The position numbers and the translations under genes are program-made. Below, one piece after another: positions 18,671 to 29,559 of a DNA stretch of 64,000 bases (positions are counted from its first letter, which is position 1; every line of letters starts with the position of its first letter). This DNA is from the human T2T-CHM13v2.0 reference genome, Homo sapiens. The notes beneath the pieces are model-generated. The model was not told the DNA's origin. It saw only the letters and a list, made by a program, of their open reading frames with translations, and searched no databases. The stretch is taken from NCBI RefSeq assembly GCF_009914755.1, contig NC_060931.1. One strand, given 5' to 3'.

Positions 18671-21600
18671 TTCTAAAGATGGGGAAGCTCCATTGACTGG
18701 GGATCTCATGACATAATTTATTGCCATCCAATGGGTTGGATAGTAACTTAAAGAACAGGATCCATTTCCACAATGAATTCCTTATTCAATATTTCTTGGG
18801 TCCAAGGATTAGGATGTTCTGTCTGGAATAAAAGTGATCATAATATAATAGGGCTCAAGCTGAGCTTTTAGATCATTAAACTATTTCACATGACCTCCAA
18901 GATCTTATTTCACAACCAGAACTTCTTAAACCATATTTTCTGTTCTTTCCATAGGTACTAGAAAAGATGTGAAAATGTGCTGGGCAGGCCCTCTCCCTCA
19001 TTCTGCCACTTATGTTCCTGGTTGCTTCTCATTTCTTCCAACAGTAAGGCCCGTTGTGAAATTGAGTTTCAATTTCATTCTTTTCCAATCCGTCAGCTCA
19101 GATACTGATCACAGAGTGGGTCAATGTGCTAGCTTTTGACAAAGCCATTTCTATTTTAGATTTGTCAAAATAGTCTTCTAAAGGCATATGCTTATAATGA
19201 TGATTGATGATTCAACAAAACTTCACAGGGGTCACTTTCAATTTGTGCTAAGAGGACCAAAAAGCCCTTTGTATCACCTAGTTATCAATATCAGCCCACA
19301 AGGGTGGGAGCATCATAGAAATAACTCCCGTTCAATTTAGGCCAGTGCAAAGATTCTGCAAGTGTTGTACTTAAAGCAAATATTATTGCTCTAGAATTAT
19401 GACAATCAGCACATAAGCAACGTGGGAGGTAAATGAATGCCCTCACGTTTTTGCTTTGTATTCCCAAGATTCCATTTGCAGAGTGTGTGTGTATGTGTAT
19501 GTCTGTGTGGCTTGGGTGGTGGTTGAGGTTCCATAAGGAATGTTAATTGCAATGATATGAAAAGAATAGCTGAGGCTTATTCCAATGGAAAGGTCTTTTT
19601 TAGGGATAGTCTCTGTTTTTGGCTTCTCCTCATAGCATCTCCTGTTAAGGTTTTCATTCTTTCTCTGTGGCAAGGCCATTCCCTCATTGTCTAATTCCCC
19701 AAAAGGCAGGCTTTTGTTTTTGTTGTTTTTCCCAGATGTAGAGATTTCCAATGTAAAATTAAACTTCCAATATAGTAGTCTTGCCTGCAATTTTCAGAAG
19801 GAAATTAGGCCATCAAGTAAGCCTGTAGATCAGGAAGTTAGGAGCCTTTTCCTCTAAGACACTATACCACCAGAATCTGACAATGTGCCACACCTGTGTA
19901 TGTGTAAGCTACACTTACAATATACCGGGCACTGTTTTAGCGCTGGAGACACAGAATTAAACAAAATCAAAGTATTTATCCTTTATCACTACCAGTGGAG
20001 ATAATATTTCCTGGCCAGTTTACTCTATCAGCATAACTTTCAGCAAGATTTGAAGCATTGTGAATTGCAATTATATAATAATCTGAGGATTAATGTTGAT
20101 TTCAAATGCAAAGGAAATGGCACTCTCCCCCCTCACCAGCAAACACATACATTCTTTATACTTCCTGGCTTAGGTGGTTTTCAAACCAGAACTCACGATA
20201 CCACTTATTTGTTTAAAGATAAAGGTTAAACATCAAAACATTCACTGCAGTTTCAAGTAGCATACTTAATGCATATTTATTTTATTACAGGGCTTGGATG
20301 TTGAGAGAATTCTTTTTAGTGCTAAAATGGCAAAGGAAAATATGAAATACAATAAAAAGAATGAAGTCTAAGCTTTGGCCTAAAATACCACACATTGACT
20401 CAGATTCTTTTTGCTTTCATATGCCATAAGTTTCTTTTTTTTTTTTTTTTTTGGATTAAATTGACCTTCTCTGTCAAACCCAAAGACTCAAGGCTGCAAA
20501 TACATTACAATGCCTTTGTTCTCATAATCCTTTTACTATCTTATGTAGTTCTCAGGAAGCTAGACTTAAAAACAATCATAACACAGTATCACTTTACACA
20601 GAAGATTTTTTTCTTCATTCTAAGGGTTTTAAACTATTTCCTAATGAATCCAAATGGGATTCATTTGAGTTAGGGAGTAAAATAAAGGTTGCTTAACTGA
20701 TTCTTGTTGAAGAGAGAAGAAAGTCATAGTTGGAGAATTGATTTATTTAGGCTGCTTATATTTAAGGGAAATATCTCCTACCCCCTGTAACCCAGATGGG
20801 CTGTTCATTAGCTAGACTGAATCACAGAGCAAAAGAAGAAAGAATCTGGATGGAATGAGCTGCTACTTCTGCAACAAAAGCAGCAAATGTACATGAAGGG
20901 TTTAATTCACTTCCTGTGGTCTAGGGCTGAGTGGAGATGGCAATGGGACATCTGGAACATAGATGAACATATTTTCCTGATGGAGGCTGGTAATGGTACA
21001 ATTCCTTTCTGATAGAAGTCTCAAATATGCAGTCTTTTTGCACTTTTCATTCAGCTAAGAGAAGGCTATCCCGGGTGTGAACATCAGGATTCTAGGGAGA
21101 ATAAATGATTAAATGAGATGAAAGGGCCAATAAGAATTTTAGCTGAAAGCTCAAAGCTGCACTGAACCTAATCTGTTGAGAATATACCATTGGAGAACTT
21201 GTCTTGGCTCTGACCCTCTAATTTTAGTTGCTTCTCGATCTCAAAACCTGTAATAGTGCTGGGAGAGAGGTCTGTTCCTCTATAATTTCACTTTAACCCC
21301 TACCAAGTGGTGTTATAGAGCCTGGAAAAAAAAAAAAAAAAACCAGCTAAACATCTCCCCACCATTTCTGTGACACTTCCATCTGGGAATCCAGATGGAA
21401 GAATTTCAGGAAGTCTGGAATGTGTAGACATTTCAGACTCAAATTCCCACTTCCCTTTGCTCAATTAAAAACTGAACATTGTTACTACTCACTTTGTTCA
21501 TTCTTGCAAGTAGATGTTTTGGTCACCTGTCTAAAATAATGGCCCTGTCCTTCCTCACGATGGTAGGTGAGTGATAGCTGCTGGAAATTAGATAAATTTA

Positions 21601-21879
21601 TCCTAAGGTATCCTTGGAAACAGAGAACCAATTTGGAACAGAGGGCTGAAAGTCAGAGATTATTAACTACATATCTTGTTTTTCTCCAATGGCTTCAACT
21701 TTCCCTTCTTTTGCCCCCTCTTCCAGATACCCAGCACTTCCTATCTACCATATCCTCCATTACCCTTTTCAAGGGCTAATTTAATTTCCAACTCCTCCGT
21801 GAAAATGTCCCCTGCTATTCTAACTTTGTTCTTACAAAGTTGCAGAATGGATTGATTACATGTTGAGCAAAACCTTCAT

Positions 21880-23650
21880 TTCTTTCCCACAATGCTATTA
21901 TGGCTGTGTACAATGACATCCAAGAGATATTTATTGAAAGAAGGAAGTACATCAGACCTAGATGTTGCCATTAAAGAGCTCATAATCCAGTAGAAAAGAT
22001 AATTATAATGCAGGGCTTAAAGTACTAAGAGAAATAAAGAACGTTATTGTGTCATTTCAAACTGAGCAAAATCAGGGTAAGCTTTGTGGAGGGGGTAGTG
22101 TGTAAGCAGAGCCGTGAAGGATGAGAGTGGGTCTTGTGGTCCTAGACATGCAAGAAAGATCATTCCAGATCTGTCTCCAGATATGGGAAACAACCTGAGT
22201 CCCAATGCCAGAGGATGAAAAATATGGGTCATTTGTGAAAAGCATAAGTTTACTTTGGAGTGAGGGTAGATCAAGGGATATAGTAAAAATTGGAATGAAT
22301 AGGTGGGTGTGGGGAAAAATGATGGAGACTAAAGAGTTTACACATTTGCATAGAGAAATAATGAAGGTTTCTGAGCAGTGCAGATCAATGCTTTAGTGCT
22401 GTACTTCAGGAAAACTGACCTGGCAATAGAATGTACAAGCTGAAATGGACATTGTAGAGCTGAATCGTTCAGTTAGAGGCAACTGTATAGTTTAGAACAG
22501 AAGTAATGAGATTGTAGCAGTGAGAATAGAGTTGGCATATTGTACAAGCAGAATTAGGACTTAGAAATGCACTAGAATTTGAATAAAATTGGGGGTGGAG
22601 GAGATACAGATGTCTCCAAAGTTTTGAATTTGAATGACTTGGAAAGCATTAATGACATAAGAAATAGGAAACAGGAGGAAGAATAGAGGGAAAATAAAGA
22701 GAACAATAAATTTACCTGACATATTGAGTTAGAAGTATGGGTAGTTTATCTTTGAGATGTCCAACATGCGGTTGGTTTATTATAATCTGGAACTCAGTAT
22801 AGATAGTTTCTGCTACGGTTTGTGTCCCTCAAAATTCCTGTATTACGTTTACCTATGTAACAAACCTGCACATCTGGCACATGTATATCAGAACTTAAAG
22901 TTAAAATTTAAAAAGTTAATGTGTTAAAAACTTAACCCCCAAAGCAACAGTTTTGGGAGGTGGGACCAAGTATGGATTAACTGGGTCATGAGGAGGGAGC
23001 CCTCATGAATGGACTATTGCAATCATCTTAGGAGTGGGTCAATTATCACTAGAGTGGGTGGTTATAAAAGCAAGCCCAGCCCTTGGTAGTTCTCAGATAT
23101 ATGCACTTGCTTCTGCCCTCCACCTTTCCACTATGGACCAGATACCAGCACCATGCTCTTGGACTTGCCAGCCTCCAGAACTATGAGCCAAATAAACTTC
23201 TTTTATTTACAAGTTACTGAGCCTGTGGTATTCTGTCATAGAAGCAGAAAATGAACTAAGACAGAATCATTAATATAACTTAAAAACTTAAAACTGTTAA
23301 GGTAGAGAGTACAGTGAGAGAAAGGAGAGAGCTATGGACAGTTCAACTTTGAATATGTGTGTTGAGGAGGCAGGTAATGAAAGAAGGTCCAGAAAAGAAG
23401 AAAGAAAGGAAAAAATGTTCAGAAATCAAAGAAGAAAACCAGAAGAATACAATATCATAGAAACCAATGTTGGAAAATTCTAATAAAAAAGACTTAGCCA
23501 ACAGTGTTCAATGCTGATGAGTTCCAGGAGAATGACAGAAAAGGGGACATTGAAATTAATGGCAAATTATTGATTTTTAAGAAAGCAGTTATTGAAGAAG
23601 AAACCAAGCATTCTAATAGGTTAATGAGTATGTTAGGGAGTGATACAGAG
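21880..23650 (+). mobile_element. Highly decayed L2-like fragments
   Basis: Purine-rich text resembling L2 (gagattgtagcagtgagaatagag, gacatattgagttagaagtat); recognised by eye only. Confidence 0.45.
22811..23263 (+). mobile_element. MST-family LTR containing a short L1P 3'-end insertion (about 22842-22920)
   Basis: tgctacggtttgtgtccctcaaaattc...aatgaactaagaca, interrupted by acgtttacctatgtaacaaacctgcacat...agaacttaaa. Confidence 0.8.
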
Positions 23651-23774
23651 AAAAGAGCCCTTACTGGAAACCAGAGGGCCTGAGTTCCAGCATGGCCCTG
23701 CTGTTAAGTAGCCCTATGATCTTTTTAGCATGGTTTTGAACTTATTTTGTGGGGAGGGGAAGTCTTTACTTTAA

Positions 23775-24032
23775 CATAATTTTAATTGACATGTAATAAT
23801 TGTACATATCTATAGGACACAGAGTGATATTTCAATGCATGCATACAATGTATAATGATCAAATCAGGGTAATTAGCATATCAATCACCTCAAACATTTA
23901 TCATTTCTTTGTGTTGGGTACATTCAAAATCCTCTCTTCTAGCTATTTGAGAATATATAATAAACTATTGTTAGCTATACTCACCCTACAGTGCTGTAGA
24001 ACACCAGAACCTAGTCTTCCTATCTAGCTGCC
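23775..24032 (-). mobile_element. L1MA 3'-end fragment
   Basis: aatgatcaaatcagggtaattagcatatcaatcacctcaaacatttatcatttctttgtgttgg is the L1MA 3' end in reverse. Confidence 0.85.
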
Positions 24033-25418
24033 ATATGACATTTTAACCTTTCTCAAACTGTTTCCTAGTCTTCAAAATTCTATAAAATATCTTCAAACTC
24101 TCACTTTCAAAGATTCATACAAGCTACCTGTGTGCCTGAATCATACAGAGATATTGAGCCACATGTCTTTATCAGAAATAGGCCAATTTCACCACTTGTA
24201 ACTTATGTGAAAGTGGGGCACTTTCTTGGTGTTTCCTAATATAGAGAAATTGAGACTACATTCATAGAAGATTTTCTCAAAGCAAACTAAGTTGATGATG
24301 TTCCTTCCTTCAGCCTCCTCCCACTCCCAGTCTATTATCCCTTACTTTTAAAAACTGAGGTAAGACATTATCCCTGGTATATCCGGTGACTCGTTCTATT
24401 GCTTGAAATCAGAGGATGCCACCAAAAGCCTTTTTTGGTTTGTTGAAATCAGTTGAGTAATATGAACAACCAATTCCCCTAAATCACGGCTCTCTAGCTA
24501 AATGTGATAATATACTTGTACAGGGACACCACTTCCTGAAACTCAGTGTCTCATCTCACATGCTCCCAAAATTTAGCCAGAAATATGTTATTCAAGAAGA
24601 ACACAGATGCACTGAAGCAAGAACATTTTGCTTTATCTGAGGGGCTTATATCTATTTGGGTCCCGTAGCAACACAAATTCAGAATCACTGAGATGTTAAA
24701 TATTACAAATTTTTTAGTTGGGTCCAGGCACATAGTCTGGTGATATATCCCAAGTGTAGGTGTGAAACAGTTCACTTTGACTGAATCCTCTGATTAAAGC
24801 TCAATAATACCATGCTTTATCTTTTTTTTAAAAAAAAAAAAACCCACAAAGTAGTATATCTTTATCTTGCTGAGACACCAGTATATTTTCCTGAAGTTTT
24901 CATCCCTTGTCTTTCCTCTTGGGAGGCTGGCCTGTTCTTTCTTAAGTATTCTTGCCTTATTTAACTCTAAAGAATATTGCAGAAAGGGAAGAATTTTTTT
25001 CAACTTTGTTTTTAAAGGGACTTACATAATACAGGTCTAAATTCAGTGGAGAAAAGGGGAAGAAAAGGACAATTATCATCTATTGTGCACTGGCTATATG
25101 CCAAACATGTTCACTTACATTATCTCACTCAAGCCTAACAATATTTTGTAGTAAATTTAGCTTTGATTTTAGAGATGAGAAAACTGAGGCTGGGAGAGGT
25201 TAAATCATTCTCTCAAGGTAAAGTGGCAAGTCATAAAACTGGGACTGAAACTAAAGCTGTCTGACTCCAAAGCTCAAGCTCTTTCCACACTACCATGCAG
25301 TTCAATCTAGTGGGGAAAAAAATCCACTCTTGAAAGCGTCTTAGCATTTTAAGCATAAATGTGTGTTAGTAGGGATCCTCTGGAGCTTCCAAATTCTATT
25401 TTATCTGCACTGAACTTT

Positions 25419-25444
25419 ACACACACACACACACACACACACAC
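25419..25444. repeat. (AC)13 microsatellite
   Basis: Read directly. Confidence 0.97.
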
Positions 25445-25469
25445 GTCTATTTCCCCCTTCCAATTGAAA

Positions 25470-25490
25470 TTCAGCACCGAGGACAGTTCC
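25470..25490 (+). promoter_or_regulatory. RE1/NRSE (REST-binding) motif
   Basis: TTCAGCACC-GA-GGACAG-TTCC versus consensus TTCAGCACC-AC-GGACAG-CGCC: both half-site cores are exact and the spacer is the canonical 2 nt. Confidence 0.8.
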
Positions 25491-26270
25491 CGAATCATGT
25501 TTGCAGGAAGCTGTCCTTGGATTCTGTTAGAGCTCACACTCTCATTCTTGACTTCCCAAGTGGCACTGAGAAAGAGAGAAGGAAATGTAAGAAAGTATGA
25601 GATGGGATCCTCTCACACCATGGTGGAAATTAGCACATTTCCCAGAAGACCAAGATAAAAATGCATGTGAGAAGAACAAGAGAACCAAACAGATGGGGCA
25701 ATAAAATGGAGGCGGAATGAGCTCATCAGGATTCCCAGCACACGGTTTAAGTCCATACTGGGCTCACAGCTGACCTGGGACCAGCCGACATAGTGAATGA
25801 GTGGGTGGTTACTATGCTGCAGCATCAGTTACACTAAGAGATTAGGTGGAGCTGATTCACTGCTGCAGATCTGCACGACTTTTCAAGTGGAGGAAAATCT
25901 GTGGGCCCTGGTCTCTGCCACTCACATAACCATCCTCATGGGTAGCATGAGTCATACATGCAGGATCTTTCAGGTAGACAAAGTTGTTGTGCTGTGAGTA
26001 AACCCAGTATGAGCTTTCGTGTTGTCGAAAGCAGGTTTTAACCACAACTACGGCGTCTCCGTGTATGAAGGTTTACCTGCTGTACTACAAAACGACCCTG
26101 CCTTTCCACATTCACCTTTGGCTACAGGTGGTTAATAACACACACAGAAAAAACAAGTTTCTGAAACGTTCCTCACACCAACAGTGATTCCTTCTTTTTC
26201 AAACTATCATGCTCTTGAGTACAGCCAAAGCACCTTTAGACAGTTGCGTCTAATCCCCTTATCTTTTTAA

Positions 26271-26565
<295 letters not shown>

Positions 26566-28819
26566 CCCCCGCCCCTCCCTTATCTTATATGCAAGAAAAC
26601 TGAAGTCCAGAGGAGAAATGACTTGCCCCAAACCACTTAGCTAGTGACAGAGTTAGAATTAGCACTAGATCCCTCATTCCTAAGCCAGCAGGCTTTTCAT
26701 TGCACCAGGAAGATAAAATAAAACTGTAAATAGCATGTACTCTGTTAACTAAGCCTCTAATTATACTGCCTCCAAAGAAAATAACATTTCAAATGTCTGG
26801 GTCTTTCCATTTGAGCTTTGGCAATTTCACTGATCACTTCTCATACTGGAATCTCTTTTAAGACGTTTAGGAGTAATTATATTGGGATATATGCTATTTT
26901 TACTCTTGTACACTGCTTTCTTTGCTCAGGAGGAAATTAGAATTCTGGAAAGATACTTGATTTTGTTTAATTATTAAAGGAACAAGCTTCTACTTCAAGT
27001 AGTTGCAAATATGAATGTATCAGTCTGTGTGTCAAGAAAGGATATATGGAACAATACAGGAACGATAATACTCTATTGTCACATCCAATTAAGGGCCACC
27101 TAGGTCTACAAGTAAAGAGGAACATCAAAGCTATGAGTGAAAATGGAAAAGTCACATCGTTATCTGAATAATTTTGAAAACGTCTGGATTTGGTGCCTTA
27201 TGAATCATCTGAAATGTAACAAGGCATAAAGTGCTTTGCAACCCTGTTGCCTTCATTATTGTAATTTGTGCATATGTAGGTTTATTTGAACTTTTTCGAG
27301 TTTTCATCCAGCTGAAAAAGGATGTAGGAAGAATGAGTCCAGTCAAGGTCATACTTAACAAGGTGAAACTGACACCTCCTGGGGATGCAGGCTAACAGAA
27401 ACATGAGCCCATTACTCACCCCAAATCTCCCATCCATACCTTTTTCTGCTAATGAATATTCTTACCTGAACCATCATTACTTCCATTGTCCTCTGCTTTG
27501 GATACCTTGCAGACCAGGTTCCTGTCTCTCATTTTTATCCACGAAGAGATTTTCAAGAATAGAACTTTTCTTATAATTTAGCAATAATGTCCTTGAAAAC
27601 CCCACAACTATTTACATAATAGAAGCTATTGTTTGAAGTGCAAAGCAGGTCAGAATTTGGTTTCTAGAGATTAATCACTGCAGTCTAGTTTATATTATCA
27701 TAATAATTTCATTTATTTTGGTACAATTTGCTTTCAGAATCAACCTCGGCTTCTGCGCACAAGTGACAAATCCATTTGTTTGTGGTATAATGGATAACGT
27801 GATTAATGACCTTGCAACAGGATTTCTTAAAAACATAGAGAGGAAAAGAAATAAAGATTTCCATTTATAAATGTGCAGTAAACCAGCTCAGTCTGTAGCT
27901 GTGCACCAAAATCCCTCTGAACTTGTTTTAAGCCACAGATTTGGAGAGATTCTGAAACAAATTTGCTCCTGACTTTTGGGGGTTTCTGCTCATATCTGCT
28001 GTCTCCAAGAAGCTGAGGGCAGTGGCCTCACTTCGAGGAAGTGGTGACACTGCGGGCCCTCCTGGTTACAAGGACCGGGCACTGTTGGACCACGTGGCTC
28101 CATCATGATGACTCCAGTTAGATGTCACCCCGCCCCTGAGCTCAGGTCTTGCTGAATAAGGTCACCGCCCAGGGGGCAGTCGATGAACACGCGCGCGAGG
28201 GCTCTGCGAGTGGCCTCGTGACTTTGTCCCTAACTCCGGGTGTCCCCTCCTTCCCATCAGCGTCCGGCGCCTGGTCCTGGTCCCGGTCCCCGAGGCCCCC
28301 GGGATTCTTCCCGAGCGTTTTCCGAGTTGGCGCGGGGGGTGGAGGCGGGGCCATGGAGCGCGTCCCGGGGACCGTTGCATCCGGAGGCGGCCGTCGTGCG
28401 GCTCCTTCCCGCCTCGAGAGTGAGGTGGCCGGGCCTTGACGAGAAGGCCCACGCCTGCCGCGGGGGTGGCTCGCGATGGCAGTCGGGGTTCGAGTCCCGC
28501 CTGGGGGGCTGCTCCTGCTGGAGAAAACGCCTCCCTGAGGGCGGCGGCAAACGCGCAGCGAGGCCCCGTGCCGCGCCAGAAGCCACCCTGAGAAAGGGGC
28601 ACCGGGACACCGAGGGGTTCCCACTTTCTCCTCAGCCTGTGACGCCCGCGTCCTCGGGTGGGTTCGAGGGGCGCCTGGGCACGGCCAGCCGAGGCTCTCG
28701 AGAGCCCCAGTGTCGTTTTCCACCTCAGGCCTCCTTTCCTGAGGCAGAGCCCGGGACCTCGCGCTCTCGCCTCAGGCTCCGGCCCACGCTCCCGCCCGGC
28801 CGCCAGGCGCGCAACGGAA

Positions 28820-28962
28820 AGCGCCCCCGCCCCGCCCCGCTCCGCCCACTGCGTGACGCGCACCCGGCCGAGCCAATCAGAGCTCGTGGCGCGCGCCCCA
28901 CACGCCGGCCCCCTCCGCCCCTCAGCTTAAGAAAGGGCGCGCGGACCCGGCAGGCCAGAGTG
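28820..28962 (+). promoter_or_regulatory. NPTX2 core/proximal promoter; TSS inferred near 28955-28960
   Basis: EGR1 site CGCCCCCGC (28822-28830), stacked GC boxes (28824-28848), half-CRE TGACG (28854-28858), CCAAT in agCCAATcag (28873-28877) and TATA-like TTAAGAAA (28927-28934), in the usual order and spacing. Confidence 0.75.
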
Positions 28963-29102
28963 CCGAGCAGCGCGGTGGGTGCGGCTGTGAGACGGCAGGA
29001 GACTTCTGCCCCGCGGTGCACGCGACCCTCGAGACGACAGCGCGGCTACTGCCAGCAGCGAAGGCGCCTCCCGCGGAGCGCCCCGACGGCGCCCGCTCGC
29101 CC

Positions 29103-29114
29103 ATGCCGAGCTGA
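29103..29114 (+). other. Minimal upstream ORF (Met-Pro-Ser-stop) in the NPTX2 5' UTR
   Basis: ATG CCG AGC TGA, out of frame with the CDS, stop 19 nt before the main ATG, weak Kozak context (cccATGc). Translation not shown. Confidence 0.6.
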
Positions 29115-29133
29115 GCGCGGCAGCGGCGGCGGG

Positions 29134-29559
29134 ATGCTGGCGCTGCTGGCCGCCAGCGTGGCGCTCGCCGTGGCCGCTGGGGCCCAGGACAGCCCGGCGC
29201 CCGGTAGCCGCTTCGTGTGCACGGCACTGCCCCCAGAGGCGGTGCACGCCGGCTGCCCGCTGCCCGCGATGCCCATGCAGGGCGGCGCGCAGAGTCCCGA
29301 GGAGGAGCTGAGGGCCGCGGTGCTGCAGCTGCGCGAGACCGTCGTGCAGCAGAAGGAGACGCTGGGCGCGCAGCGCGAGGCCATCCGCGAGCTCACGGGC
29401 AAGCTAGCGCGCTGCGAGGGGCTGGCGGGCGGCAAGGCGCGCGGCGCGGGGGCCACGGGCAAGGACACTATGGGCGACCTGCCGCGGGACCCCGGCCACG
29501 TCGTGGAGCAGCTCAGCCGCTCGCTGCAGACCCTCAAGGACCGCCTGGAGAGCCTCGAG
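29134..29559 (+). CDS. NPTX2: NPTX2 coding exon 1 (aa 1-142: signal peptide MLALLAASVALAVAA, N-terminal cysteines, first coiled coil)
   Basis: ATG at 29134 (gggATGc) reads MLALLAASVALAVAAGAQDSPAPGSRFVCTALPPEA...LKDRLESLE, which I recognise as neuronal pentraxin 2. Ends GAG|gtagcg; 426 nt, phase 0. Confidence 0.98.
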
